Part shown: positions 1 through 12,100 of the stretch, piece by piece
How the letters are laid out: every line of letters begins with the position of its first letter
Numbering within the stretch: position 1 is the first letter of the stretch
Source: an uncultured virus (IMG/VR IMGVR_UViG_3300006919_000039)
Lineage: Duplodnaviria > Heunggongvirae > Uroviricota > Caudoviricetes
Virus record (IMG/VR): IMGVR_UViG_3300006919_000039
Reading direction: 5' to 3' (one strand)
DNA length: 60,169 bases
Program-made: the position numbers and the translations under genes
Notes under the pieces: generated by a model
What the model was told of the DNA's origin: nothing
Database searches by the model: none
Seen by the model: the letters and a program-made list of their open reading frames with translations, nothing else

Positions 1-557
1 TTAGGATCTAGATTTTTATTTAAAGGGTCTACTTCATACCTGGATACCCAACTCCATTCTATTAAGTCAAGTAAATTATTTTCACATAAAAAATTAATAG
101 TCTTAACTCTGTGATGTTTAGGAACACCAGATAAAAAAGTAAAATATTTTTCTTTTAAATTTGTTTTTCCTTTCTCATAATTATCGCTATGATCGTCAGT
201 GTTGTCCATGAGCATACCTAACCAAAGAGGGTGATAATTTACTGATTTAAATTTTTTTATTGGATTATTTCTTTCACACCATTGCTCATATAATTCTGCA
301 CCGTTTGTATTTCCCCACCATAAATTTAATTTATTAGGAGGAAAGTTTACATCTTCACAATGTTTATGTATAAGTGTAAAGAAATCTATATGATTTATAG
401 CACAATAATCTTCCCTCGATCCTCGAGGATATATACCTCCTTCTCCACTGTGTAGTAAATGGGCTTCTCGACCATTACACATAGCAATTCTACCTTTTAG
501 TGTATTTTGGAAATCATAATGCTCTTGAGCATGAATTACACATATATTATCTGACAT
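1..557 (-). CDS. Partial ORF (runs off the left end); hypothetical, possibly glycosyltransferase-like phage protein
   Basis: Manual translation from the ATG at 557 (MSDNICVIHAQEHYDF...KYFTFLSGVPKHHRVKTINFLCENNLLD...) stays open to position 1. It overlaps the end of the upstream gene. Absent from the ORF track because it has no stop in the window. Function inferred from context only. Confidence 0.65.
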   Translation of the reverse strand, partial: MSDNICVIHAQEHYDFQNTLKGRIAMCNGREAHLLHSGEGGIYPRGSREDYCAINHIDFFTLIHKHCEDVNFPPNKLNLWWGNTNGAELYEQWCERNNPIKKFKSVNYHPLWLGMLMDNTDDHSDNYEKGKTNLKEKYFTFLSGVPKHHRVKTINFLCENNLLDLIEWSWVSRYEVDPLNKNLDP

Positions 558-1431
558 AATCCAATAATTCCTTACTTACTCTGTTTATGGCCCATTTGTT
601 CATAACATGTAAATCAATGTCTTTCCATTTTGTTAAAATAAAATCTCCAGGACTTTTAGGCTTTTCCAAATACATTATAATAGTGTTTTTGTCTACAGCA
701 CTATGTATATCGTCAGTATCAAAACTTTTATACAGAGTAGTAGGCAACTGTGGTATTCCTTTATCAGTAAAACCTGACATCATATGAGCGGCAATAGAGA
801 AACTGTAATCGTTTCTGTATAGAGTACCTTGCCACTTGTATAAGTCACGATAATATTGCGGATTATTTTTTACATGTTTGACGAAGTTAAAAAAACTTTC
901 AGCATATTCTGTTTTGCGGAAATAAACCACAGTTGCCCAGTACATTGTTATACCTAAATGGTTTAACCTATTTAATGAGGGGTCTTTCCTTTCAAACATA
1001 ATGTCTTGAAAGTTCCAGTTCATCATTAGCTCGTTATTATGACCCCAACATTGATTTAGTGTATCACTTAATATTAAATAATCAACATCAAGTAATATTG
1101 TTTCATCATAAGGTGAGATATCGTAAGCATCGCACCTGTTTACATTATAAAATGGTAAATTTTTAACACTATGACTAGTGTCTTTGTATAATCTAACATT
1201 TGTATTTTTAAATTTTTTATCTTTTTCGATTATAATTATATTACTAATTGCTTTTTTAAGTAGTCTTTTGCCTAGTGTTTTTTCTGCATGTTTTAAACTG
1301 AACGGATCTGTTACTACTGTAATATCTTTTATGCCTAAATTTTTTTGTATTAGTAAAGCATTTACAACTGCTAATTTTATATAATCTATTTCCTCATTGT
1401 TATGAGCAAACATCAATATACCTCTAGACAT
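547..1431 (-). CDS. Glycosyltransferase-like protein (GT-A fold, GT8-like)
   Basis: 294 aa; SPYDETILLDVDYL contains a DxD motif after a hydrophobic strand; YWATVVYFRK and RNDYSFSIA segments; adjacent to phosphomannomutase. Confidence 0.7.
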   Translation of the reverse strand: MSRGILMFAHNNEEIDYIKLAVVNALLIQKNLGIKDITVVTDPFSLKHAEKTLGKRLLKKAISNIIIIEKDKKFKNTNVRLYKDTSHSVKNLPFYNVNRCDAYDISPYDETILLDVDYLILSDTLNQCWGHNNELMMNWNFQDIMFERKDPSLNRLNHLGITMYWATVVYFRKTEYAESFFNFVKHVKNNPQYYRDLYKWQGTLYRNDYSFSIAAHMMSGFTDKGIPQLPTTLYKSFDTDDIHSAVDKNTIIMYLEKPKSPGDFILTKWKDIDLHVMNKWAINRVSKELLDYVR

Positions 1432-2122
1432 TTTTTAATAACTCCCAACAATGTTTCCAATCTTTAATATGAAATACCTGATGTGGCTCTAAAAGATTTG
1501 CTACAGGATAATCATTACCTGCTTCATCACATCGGTCACCAAAAAATCTTATACTGGAAATATCATAATCATGTACTACTTGGCTTTTATCACAACCTTT
1601 GGCAAAAATATCTATTCCTGTTTCACCACCTACTTTGGCTGAAAGATCTGGAAATGTTTCATTAAATTGTTTGGCTATATCAATTCTTTCATTAACAATT
1701 TTATCCCATTCATGATATACTTTTCTTTGCTCTGTGTTTGCGTTTCTGCCAACCACACTAAAATTTATCATGCCTATCCTGTGTTCAATGTGTAAGCCTG
1801 TTCTAGTAGTAAATTTACTGTTTGTTAATTTTTCTGTTAAAAACTTTTCCGCTTCTGCTGGTAGTTTCCAATCGTTAAACTTAATTTGATTTTCTTTTTC
1901 GTATACATCATTACCACTACAATTATAAACACGTCTACATTTGTTGTATAATGTGGTGCCTATTTGTTCTATTGTTTTAGGTCTGTCACTGCCTGTAACT
2001 AATACTATATTATGTTTTAAGGAAAAATTTATAAGCCACTTTTTGAAATCGTCATCTATTACACCTCTGCTGGGTGTAAGAGTGCCGTCTACATCAAATA
2101 GATAATTAAGTTCCGTCTTCAT
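1424..2122 (-). CDS. Eukaryote-type phosphomannomutase (HAD-IIB)
   Basis: HAD motif I FDVDGTLT, motif II VTGSD, cap IEHRIGMINFSVVGRN, GGETGIDIFAKGCDK and motif IV FFGDRCDEAGNDYP all parallel PMM/Sec53-family motifs. Confidence 0.85.
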   Translation of the reverse strand: MKTELNYLFDVDGTLTPSRGVIDDDFKKWLINFSLKHNIVLVTGSDRPKTIEQIGTTLYNKCRRVYNCSGNDVYEKENQIKFNDWKLPAEAEKFLTEKLTNSKFTTRTGLHIEHRIGMINFSVVGRNANTEQRKVYHEWDKIVNERIDIAKQFNETFPDLSAKVGGETGIDIFAKGCDKSQVVHDYDISSIRFFGDRCDEAGNDYPVANLLEPHQVFHIKDWKHCWELLKNV

Positions 2123-2465
2123 TTAGGTCTAATACTTTGTGTACTTTCCTTGATTTTCGCAATTTTTCATATTCAGCATAATAATCATTTGTTACTTCAA
2201 AATATCTACTTTGTATTTCTTCGTAAAAACTTTCTATTTCAATCTGAATGGGATTGTTGTATATATCCAAGAGTACAACCTGTTTTTGACCTTCATCTAA
2301 CAGTTGTTTACAGAATGTTATTAATGGAATATCAATGGTAAATGTTCCGCCATTAATACTGTAACTCAAAAGACTTTGAGTTTTTGCTTTTAATTGAGCC
2401 TGCTGATTATTTAACGTGGTACGATAATTAGCAAATTCCAATGCTTTTGTCAAACGTGTACTCAT
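2106..2465 (-). CDS. Hypothetical phage protein (possible fibre assembly factor)
   Basis: 119-aa ORF, first gene after a late-promoter box; overlaps the PMM start. Confidence 0.6.
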   Translation of the reverse strand: MSTRLTKALEFANYRTTLNNQQAQLKAKTQSLLSYSINGGTFTIDIPLITFCKQLLDEGQKQVVLLDIYNNPIQIEIESFYEEIQSRYFEVTNDYYAEYEKLRKSRKVHKVLDLNEDGT

Positions 2466-2470
2466 ATCAA

Positions 2471-2478
2471 TATTTATG
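2471..2478 (-). promoter_or_regulatory. T4-type late promoter (CATAAATA), 5 nt before the ATG at 2465
   Basis: Variant of TATAAATA placed directly after a terminator; same 5-nt spacing to ATG as three other genes. Confidence 0.65.
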
Positions 2479-2484
2479 AGCCAT

Positions 2485-2514
2485 AAAAAAGCCAGTTACT
2501 GTGAACTGGCTTTT
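2485..2514 (-). terminator. Intrinsic terminator, potentially bidirectional
   Basis: GCCAGTT-actgtg-AACTGGC hairpin with an A6 run on the left (U-tract on the minus strand) and T4 on the right, just after the stop of 2531..3577. Confidence 0.85.
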
Positions 2515-2530
2515 AAAAATGTTATTTTTA

Positions 2531-3577
2531 TTATGATCCGCTTATAGCACCTGAACTTGTAGTTGGATTTGTAAAACTAAATCCTGAACCAGATGCATTT
2601 GGTATATGACGTCTTCCATTAATTGTTAATGTTCCGTCAATACTATCTGTATATCCTGCCGCATCATCACCAGTACTTGGCACACCGTCAGGACCAACGG
2701 CACCATCTGCCGCCGCGGCCGCGGCCGCTGTATAAGGATCACTTAATTCTGCTTTAAGTGTAATAACTGTAGGGTTAGAAGTTGAATTTACTTTACCATA
2801 CATTTTAAAATAGTTTGAAGCATAAGCACCTGAACCTAATTTAGTCCAAATTAATCGGTAACCTGTACCTAATTCATAAGCACCTATACCAGCATTTGTT
2901 CCTGAACTACCACCTGCTGTTTGATAATCAATATAAACATCACCCATTGCACTTAATAAGTTTGTCCAGTCAGTGTTCTGTGTAGTTGAACTACCACCAG
3001 ATCTACTAGCACTCATGCCAATTCTTCCACCACCATTAAAGAAAGCTCTTAACAAGCCTTCGTTAGCCCATGTAAATGTTGTTTCTTCAACTAAACTTGT
3101 TGTCCATGCTGATGTTCTTGAAGCACTATCGCCTGTTGAACTTGTTCTACCTGCTGGAGACCATCTGTTGTCCCAGCAATCTTTAATATTAAGCATGAGG
3201 TTAGACCAAGTTGTGTCATCAATAACTGTTGATGTTCCTACGTCTGATCCAACGTTTGTTCTAACTGATTGTCCTAAAAATGCACAAAGGGCCTGTACAT
3301 CGTCTTGTAATCTTTTAAATCCGCCTGTGGCATTATCGGCATATACTAAACCACCTGCTGAAGCGGCATTTACACCTGCTCCGCCCTGGCCGTAACCGTA
3401 AATACCTGTTGTGGCAGGCATTGTGCCATTTCCAAATGTTACATCTGCGGCTGTGCCTAATAGAGTGTTTACGTTTGTTCTAGCATTATTGAAATCCAAG
3501 TCATCAATAATATCTCCTGCTACAACTTGTGTCATATTAGTACCACCACTAATTGTTACTGTTGAACCTGATGCCAT
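2531..3577 (-). CDS. Virion structural / fibre-associated protein
   Basis: 348 aa, rich in G/S/T; AGGAGA SD; GATAAATA box upstream; lies in the fibre/baseplate cluster. Confidence 0.65.
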   Translation of the reverse strand: MASGSTVTISGGTNMTQVVAGDIIDDLDFNNARTNVNTLLGTAADVTFGNGTMPATTGIYGYGQGGAGVNAASAGGLVYADNATGGFKRLQDDVQALCAFLGQSVRTNVGSDVGTSTVIDDTTWSNLMLNIKDCWDNRWSPAGRTSSTGDSASRTSAWTTSLVEETTFTWANEGLLRAFFNGGGRIGMSASRSGGSSTTQNTDWTNLLSAMGDVYIDYQTAGGSSGTNAGIGAYELGTGYRLIWTKLGSGAYASNYFKMYGKVNSTSNPTVITLKAELSDPYTAAAAAAADGAVGPDGVPSTGDDAAGYTDSIDGTLTINGRRHIPNASGSGFSFTNPTTSSGAISGS

Positions 3578-3608
3578 TATGTTCTCCTAAATAAGTATTC
3601 TATACCTG

Positions 3609-3616
3609 TATTTATC
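3609..3616 (-). promoter_or_regulatory. Late promoter GATAAATA
   Basis: Intergenic, upstream of 3577; the motif recurs before structural genes. Confidence 0.65.
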
Positions 3617-3632
3617 TTTTTGCAGTATTATA

Positions 3633-5483
3633 TTAAACTAATACTTCAATTACACCTGCGTCTGGTGTTGATTTATCTTCTAATGATTTACCCACAATAC
3701 ATGCCGCTGGTGCCTGATAGCCTCTAAATGGTGCCGCTTTGGCATGTCCTTCTGTTGAACTCTGAATAAGAACATCACCTTTTCTCACAACACCTACCAC
3801 TTTACAAGGAACACGTCCTCTAAGTGCCACTGCTACTACGTTATCACCTTCCAAGCCTTCATTCATTAAATGTGCTGGTGCTGTACTAACAATACCTGCT
3901 ATGCTTGGATCATTTTCTTTATTTGAAACTGTTACTTCAGCACTACCACCAATAACAACAACTGTGCCTGGTTCGTAACTGGCGTCTGCTAAATATTTCT
4001 CAGCCAAGTCAGCATATTGAGCCGCTGTTGCTGTACCAACAAAATAATTCGCCGCCACGTTACCAGCACCATCTCTGGCAACCAGTTTGTTTGCTGTTGA
4101 GGCCGTTGTTGCGTCTGCTTCTATACTGTCAGCATTTACAATTATATAACTACCTGCTCCAACGTTAAATGTTCTATCACTAGCAAGGGTACCACCACCT
4201 GTCAAACCATTACCTGCTGTGAGTGTGGTTGTACTTAATGCAACATTGGCAAACCTTACAGAACCTGATCCGTCTGTGATAAGTGCCTGGTCGGTACTAC
4301 CGTCTGTGATTGGTAATGAGTATGCTGTACCACTTGTACCTAATGTTAAACTGGATGTAATACTTGCGTTTGCACTAAAGAAGTTTTCAACTGGTGCTCC
4401 ACTTGTTCCTAAGTTTTGTGTACCAGCACCAAATGTTACGTTACCACTTACATCTATATTTGTAAAGTAACCGTTTGCAAATCTTGTTCCTGACTCACCT
4501 AAATCCACACTACCATTCGCACTTATTAATCCTGTTGAACCATCACCTATTGTTATAGTTCCAGTATATGTTTCTGCAAATTTTAAACTTGCACTACCCA
4601 ATGTAAATGCATCATCAGTTGTTGGTATATAACTTCCTAGTGTTGTTATAATAGAACCAGCATCAATGTTTGATCCTGGTGAACCTATATTACCTAAATT
4701 AATTTTATATGCTGTATCGGCCTTGTATGCTCTTTCTGCCAATGCAACTGCTGTTGCGGCATACTCGTCTCTAAGATTCATACCTGGTTTAATAGTTGTT
4801 CCTATGCCTCCAGTTGAACTTAATTCTGTGAAGTAATTTATATTTTGACCGTCTGATTTACTGTCTGTACTTCCAGCAACAAATTCTGGATGGTCACTGA
4901 ACACAGCCATCAATGTTTCTTTACCGTCAGTTGTAGTTGTTGCACCACCATTAACTGTACCATCACTAACGTAAACTAAACCTAAAACAGGCTTAGGATT
5001 ACCACCTGAGTCTGTTAAATAAATATTTCTTAATTTTGTACCGTAATTACTAGGAGACCCTACACTTGAATCATTCGAGTATTCATTTGTAACTTCACCT
5101 GAGTATGCGGCTGGTTTATATGTTGTACCATTATAAATGTATAACTTTTGGTTACCGGTATCAAACCATGCATCACCTGTATTGGAAGTACTTGGAGCAC
5201 TAGAGTTTACAATTATATTTGTAGCTCTTTTCCATGTAGATCCATTCCAGTATTTTAAGATACTTTCACTTTTATCATACCAAAGTTGCCCAGTTAATTT
5301 CTCACCCGATGGTGATGTGGTACTAGCGAAGTTTTCAAGATGTCTTACTGTATTTTCTACAAAATACTGGCCATATCCTGATACGTTTCTTCCGATTAAC
5401 TTTAAGGCATAGGTGGTATCGACAGTAGTATCTTGGACTGTTATTGTCCTACTATTATCTGAATTTGTTATTGTATATGCCAT
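3633..5483 (-). CDS. Tail fibre/spike-like protein with C-terminal autoproteolytic chaperone (Peptidase_G2-like) domain
   Basis: N-terminal LIGRNVSGYG...HLENFA...GQLWYD baseplate-fibre module; beta-rich body; C-terminal AQYADLAEKY...ALRGRVPCKV...GDVL domain. Confidence 0.75.
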   Translation of the reverse strand: MAYTITNSDNSRTITVQDTTVDTTYALKLIGRNVSGYGQYFVENTVRHLENFASTTSPSGEKLTGQLWYDKSESILKYWNGSTWKRATNIIVNSSAPSTSNTGDAWFDTGNQKLYIYNGTTYKPAAYSGEVTNEYSNDSSVGSPSNYGTKLRNIYLTDSGGNPKPVLGLVYVSDGTVNGGATTTTDGKETLMAVFSDHPEFVAGSTDSKSDGQNINYFTELSSTGGIGTTIKPGMNLRDEYAATAVALAERAYKADTAYKINLGNIGSPGSNIDAGSIITTLGSYIPTTDDAFTLGSASLKFAETYTGTITIGDGSTGLISANGSVDLGESGTRFANGYFTNIDVSGNVTFGAGTQNLGTSGAPVENFFSANASITSSLTLGTSGTAYSLPITDGSTDQALITDGSGSVRFANVALSTTTLTAGNGLTGGGTLASDRTFNVGAGSYIIVNADSIEADATTASTANKLVARDGAGNVAANYFVGTATAAQYADLAEKYLADASYEPGTVVVIGGSAEVTVSNKENDPSIAGIVSTAPAHLMNEGLEGDNVVAVALRGRVPCKVVGVVRKGDVLIQSSTEGHAKAAPFRGYQAPAACIVGKSLEDKSTPDAGVIEVLV

Positions 5484-5493
5484 CTTTTATCCT

Positions 5494-6138
5494 CTAACTT
5501 AACTGAACTCTTACAGTATAAACTATTTCAATTTTTCTGTTTTGACTTTTTTGTACAGGGTGAAATACTACATGAGTAAGCATTGTGCTAGTATCTATAC
5601 TACTACCATCTGTTGGGTATGTAAATAAACCTAATTCATCAAATACATAGTCACCTTCGTTGTTTGTTGCTGTATCAAATAAGTCTGCGTCGTTTGGTTC
5701 ATTATACCCTAAAGTACAAGTAACCTTAATATCTGTGTGTGAGGAACCTACAACTGTTGTTATAGACGTATCTGTTGTGCCTGGATTTAATCTTTTATCA
5801 AAAGTTCTACTATATAAACCTGCTGAGTTTTCATAACTTTCTGAAACTCTGGGTGTTTTATATAGAATTTTTCCTGCTGTATCAACACTAGTAGCACCAT
5901 TACCAAATGCAATTCTGTCTATAAAGGCATTTTCTGTATTAAAGGCATTTAAGGCCTGTGCTACAATATACGCCATGTTTCCATAGTGTATAGCATTTCT
6001 TTTATTTACAAGCTCTTCACCTGTTTCTAAATCTTTTATCACAATATGACCACTGACGTTTAAACCAAGATTATCAATTGTTTGGCTTTCAGTCATGTCG
6101 TTTTCTTTTTCTGTTTTTTGGTTCATATCATTGCTCAT
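5494..6138 (-). CDS. Baseplate-associated structural protein
   Basis: 214 aa; KRNAIH...IAFGNG...FDELGL...THVVFHPVQKS pattern; lies between the giant baseplate gene and a fibre gene. Confidence 0.6.
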   Translation of the reverse strand: MSNDMNQKTEKENDMTESQTIDNLGLNVSGHIVIKDLETGEELVNKRNAIHYGNMAYIVAQALNAFNTENAFIDRIAFGNGATSVDTAGKILYKTPRVSESYENSAGLYSRTFDKRLNPGTTDTSITTVVGSSHTDIKVTCTLGYNEPNDADLFDTATNNEGDYVFDELGLFTYPTDGSSIDTSTMLTHVVFHPVQKSQNRKIEIVYTVRVQLS

Positions 6139-6143
6139 CTAAC

Positions 6144-6151
6144 TATTTATC
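6144..6151 (-). promoter_or_regulatory. Late promoter GATAAATA, 5 nt before the ATG at 6138
   Basis: Exact motif in a short intergenic gap; no SD before the ATG. Confidence 0.7.
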
Positions 6152-6174
6152 ACTTTTGCAAATAACTAGTTTTA

Positions 6175-9100
6175 TTATTTGTCATGTAAAAACTTCATTA
6201 TGCTTGTTACACTACTTGCATTAGCACTATCGTAATCTGCTAAACTTACTGCACCTGTGTCTAAGAATGTATTAGACTCTGGAGCACCTACCAAGTCTGT
6301 AAATTCTTGGTCTCTGGAACCATCATATACATTTAATATAACATTTGCTCCTGCTTCATCAGTTACATACCAGTTTTCAGCAGTAGTACCTTTTGTTCCT
6401 CTTGTAATACCACTTATAATATTATTAACAGTATCTCTTTCTTTATATGTAATTCTTTCTGACTCGATCCACATAACACCAGGTGTTCCTAATGTTGGTC
6501 TTGGTAGCACACTAGCATTTGCTACTGTAATACTTCTGTCGCTTAATAACAGATTAGCACTTAATGTAGTACTTGATCGTACTCTAAGGAAGTGACTTTC
6601 GCCATCCATTGCTCTATGTACTCTATAAGTAACAGGCAGTGCATTTGCTACCACAATATTACTACTTGAATCAGCATTAGCATAAGGGCTTGTTGTAACA
6701 GTAAGTACAAAGTTTTCTTGTGGATCTATTTGTATTAATTCTTCTGGTCTATCTTCTCCATATAACATTCTGCTAAATGATACACCATCGAAACCTTCAT
6801 AAGTGATATCGTTTCTTCTGAAGTTTACTAATGAACTATCAAATGTACCTGAATAGTTAATTACTTCTATACTTATATCACTTGCTGTGGTATCAAATGC
6901 TTCTGAATCATATCCGAAGAATTCCTGATAATCCAGTGACGGATCATATCCTTCAACAACTTTACTAAACACATTTGCGTCTAAAATATCACCTATAAAG
7001 TTTCCACCAACTTTATTTCTAGCACTATTTAAAGTACCGTCTAATGATCCTGCCTCAATGGCATTTAGCAATATTGTAGCATTACTTATTAAAGTAGTAT
7101 TTGCACTAGAACCTGCAACATATCCTTGCCCTGTTAGATAAATTTCCATTTCATTTGTAAATTTAGTATTAACATCAGTATCAAATTTTATAATCCTGTC
7201 TATAGATCTTACATTAGCATTACCACTTACATCTGAATTACTTGCTGATTTAATCCATGCTATATTTGTTGCTATACTACTGTTAGCACTTTCTGAACTT
7301 GGGTTCCACTGGAATTGTGTTGGTTGCCAGTTTGTTCTATCAAATACAAGGCTTGTTTTTGTTTGCCTAATAGGTGATAGACTTTTGTTTGATATGCTAT
7401 GATACTTAACATATTCGGCTGTATTTGCCATAAACTGGCTATCAGATTCTACATTTTCATCAAGTATTCTAATAGTACCTTGTGCAAAATCGGCATAAGG
7501 TGGTTTATCAAAATCACTTATCATTTGATCTTTAATGTATTCAAATGGTGGTTGCTTACCATCTTTATACTCTCTAATTTTACTTGAATAAGGTTTAAAT
7601 TCGTTCATGTATTCTAAAACTTTATCAAAATTGTCTGGTTTAAATCCAGCAAATTTAATAAGATCTGTTTCTTCTTTTTCCACAAATACATAACTTGTTT
7701 TAAATGCCCAACTAAGTCCGCTTTGTTCTGCATAAGCATATTCTAATAATGTAAAGAAGAATATATTCCAGTAAGATGCATTATTAAATTTATTATCTTT
7801 AATTGTGTTTAAAATACTTCTTAATTCTCTGTCTAACATTGTGTTAGTGTTATCGGAATAAAATGTTTCGTTTAATTGAATTATCTCATTTTCTATACTG
7901 ATAAGATTATATTTTCTTAAATTTCCATCGTATTGATACAGTTGACTTCTATCTGAGTCACTGCCTTTAATCTGTACTACAACACCGTCTCTAATATTTT
8001 TAAGTGAATTTAATTCGGTAAAACTATTGACTCTATAAACAGGTTTGTATGAATCATCATAATAGTTAATTAATTTAGTTACATTATCTACAGATTTAAC
8101 ACCATACCAATTTTCTGTTTTAAAATAAGTTCTTGAGGTTACTAAATCACTATCCCAATCTTCGAATTCAGTGTTCATTTTTAATGATTTAAATAAAGTG
8201 TTTATAAAATCATATGCAACTTTTCTAGCACCTTTTACATCTTTAAAGAATGTTTGTCTTGGCCTAAATGCTGAACCAAATTTTTGTACTTCACTAAGAT
8301 TTTTATCAGGTACTTCTTTTCCTGTTTTATCATAACCACATAAACTATCTATAAGTTTTTGTGATAAGTCTTCAGGTATATTACTATTATTATCACCTTT
8401 TCTGGCTAGTAACCATGAGTCATGTTTTTTACCATTTGGATTTTGATTTCTACTAAAATTAATTTGTAAATTATCATTGTCATCGCTTAAAATATTTGCA
8501 ATATTACTCATTACAAAAGATTTATTATCTATAAAACTTATTAAGTTTAATCCATATCCAATAGGATTTGCTAGATATTTTGCTATGTCAAATGTACTTA
8601 ACTCTCTTCCGTGTTGCTGTACAGCAAAAGGAATTAATGCTTTTGTATTCCTTACCCAGAAGTAATAATAATCCTGTAATTTATTTGAAACTGGATTAAG
8701 CTCTGATTTTACTATGTATTGAGATCTTGGTGTTCCTGTTAATGCCCATGAAGTAGGTGGCTGATTAGAGCGTACCCATTCATAAACTGATATATTACTT
8801 CCTGGGAATGTGCTACCCCAATTTAGCCATCTTTCTCTAGATGTTCCTTGTTCGTACCAGTTATATCTTACTGTACTAGTATCCCACCAAACTTTACCAA
8901 CCATTTTAGGATCACAAAAATTACTTCTTGCACTATCATAAACTACAGGATCGTTTTCACCTATAAAATGTATTTCATTTTCTATAAATCCAGGTAAAAT
9001 ACCTTTGAATGGATCATAAAGATGGATATCGTTTTGTTTTATACCGGTTTCATTATTATATGTAATAATTTTGTTAATAAATCTGGTGTCAGTTAAATCT

Positions 9101-12100
9101 TGTTGTTCTCTTATAACGTCACCGTTTTCTAAATATGCCCATTTACCAGTATCATTATAATTGTCGATCCATATATTTGCATAGGAATTAATATTTCCAG
9201 AAATTTCAGGATAATTTGTATTAGCAGAACTTATTTGTGTGTTACCACTATATCTTTGACTTTCTAAATAAAGTATATCTGCTTCTTGTGAAACACCAGA
9301 ACTTAATAGTGTTACAGGGTCTCCTGTAATGCTTCTTAATTCATACTGATATAAATCTCTTAAAAACTCTACCTTTCCGTCACCAAATATACTAATACCG
9401 TCTTGTCCATTATCGTCATCATCATCACCAATAGTGTCTACACAAAGTAATTTTATAACATCTATTGGGCCTGAGGTATCTAAACCTAGGCCTAAATTAT
9501 CAACTAGTTGATTCATTTTATTTGCAACAACTGGATTTTCATCTTTTAATTTTGTTTCTACTATTGCATGTACACAAAGCGAAGCAATATTATAATCGCC
9601 TGGTGGTAACCCTAAGGAATCCAATACACCAGGTGTAGTTTCACCAATTTCTAATCCATCAAATATTGGACTAGATATATCTATTTGAGAAATTAAATCG
9701 TTGATAGGTGTAATATCAATGTTAAAGTCGTCTGGACCGTACCCTGCATCACCTATAGCACCCTGTATTGCTGAACCTAAATCTGCCACTGCGTCTATAT
9801 CAGCAATAACATCAGGTAAACCTAATGCTCTTTTGGCACTACCTGGTTGTGAGCAATCTGGTATTTCACTTGCTGTAAGGAATATTTTGGCACCTGCACC
9901 ACCTAGTAATTTGTTGTTAATTGGGTCATACCCACCTGGTGAGCCTAAATTATCCAGTGTTACAGGATCAAATTGTCCTAAACCTGAACCGCCAACATAT
10001 TCTGTACCTGCGTTATTCCAACCTGCCTCATCTCCAAGTAATACATGATCATATTCTAAAGGTAAACCGTTTGTTAAATCACTTGGGAATACTTTATAAA
10101 TTCCCCTATCTAAAATTTTAACACTTGTAATTGTGCCGTAATAGTCAATACTTGTAACCTCAAATTTAGCAACTCTAGGCACCCTGCCTCCAGGTTTGTT
10201 ATCCAATACTGCTTCTAATTCTGCTTGTTGAGGTTGTAGGAATCCGCTCTTGAATGTCAATATTCCTTCTCTTAATGCATCACCTAAGGTGTCTACTCCT
10301 GCGGCATTTTTATTAAGTTGAGCATACCTTAGTAATAATGGATTTACATTACCTACCTGGAATGTTAAAGGACTATCACTAAACGTACCGCCTAATACAT
10401 CAGGTCTTACACTAAATGTTTGTCCTACTTGCCAATGTCTTCCACCTTTTCTTACTTCTACTGTGGCGGACTTGACACCTGCATCATTTTCTGTTACAAT
10501 AACTTTAAGTCTGGCGTTTATACCATCTATCTTATTGGCATTATCAGTAACAGTTACACCTTCTTGATTTATGTCTATTATAGTATTTCCTACCGGAATA
10601 CTGTTTGCTACAGATCCTACTGAGTCGATAGCACTAATTTCAAAAATCATATATTTTACAAAATCACCTCTAACAAGAGCATTTGAATAGTCTGATGGTT
10701 GAGGTATGGAACCCGTGTCTGTTATTGTAACTCTTGGTGGTCTATTAACATCAAATTCTTCACCACCTGAGTATAGATTTACTTTTTTAATACCGTTATT
10801 TGCATCAAACACTACATTTTTAACTAATGCATTTCTTCCTGGAGTAGAACCGTCTCCTATTGTAACAACAATATTTTCTGGTAAACTGTATCCAGCACCT
10901 GGATTTTTAATACAAATTTCTTTAACACCAGTAAATGGATCTTTAATTGGCGTACCACCAACTACTCTCAATCTGTCTCCAATAGAGTAGCCACTACCAC
11001 CAGTTTGTACAACATTACTTGATGTCACAAAACCTTGGCTAGCACTTACATTTGAGTAACCATTTACTCCACCAGTTACATCTAAGTGAGCATAACTTAC
11101 AGCAGTATCTACCAATGAACCAGATGAATCTAATATGTTTGTGGTTGCGGATACTGTAGATGTGTTACTGACTTCCTGTGCCACAAAAGCTCTGTTAATA
11201 TGGAAATCTAATACTTCTTTATATAATCCACCTGAACAGCCTTCTTTTACTGTCAGAGGAACATTACTACAACTGCTTATTCTAATTAAATCACCGCTTA
11301 ATGGTTTTGCTTCAAATCCTGTTGCATCAACACAATTTATCGCTTTTAGTATTGCTTCTGGGCTAGTACCTTTAAATGGTCCTATTGTTCTGCCATTAAT
11401 GTTTATTGTGTCTTCTGGATTTAATCCTGACAAATTGCTTGTATCAATAGTGTGACCTGGTACTGGTTTATACAATGGTATAACAATTTTAGGACCTGCA
11501 GATGCACCTCTAAATTTAGGTTGAAATGTAATCTGAAAATTTGGATTCCAATTTACATCATCGTCCTCTAATACAACTGGGCCTTCTGCTAATTCTTCTG
11601 GTGGGGATACTGGCATAGTATCTACCGGATCATCTCCACCTATACTTGCACCGTTATATGGGTCACTATAGTATAGTAAATTCCCTAATCCTAATCCTAC
11701 ATCTGCACCGGTTAAAGTAGCACCAGTTATATCTAAGAAAGTACCATCATCTAATTTAATATCTCCTCTGATCTTTTTAGGATTCCAATTATAGAACATA
11801 CCACCTTGTTCAAATGCTGATTTATTAGCATCTAATACATTGTAGTAAGGCAATTCTGCCGCATCTAAATTTCTTAAAGGTCTTGCTTTTAGTGGAATAT
11901 TTTTTGTTAATCTTTGTGCTAATGGTACCACAAACCCACCACTAATTTTTTGTACTTGATTGTTTACATATCTACCACTACCTAAAGATATTGGAGATCC
12001 GTATCCTGTGTTAGCAACCATTTTGACAGATTTTCTGTAAATGCTAGGTATAAAACTTAACCCTGTCATTGGTGCCCTATAGAAGCCAGATGTTTGAGCT

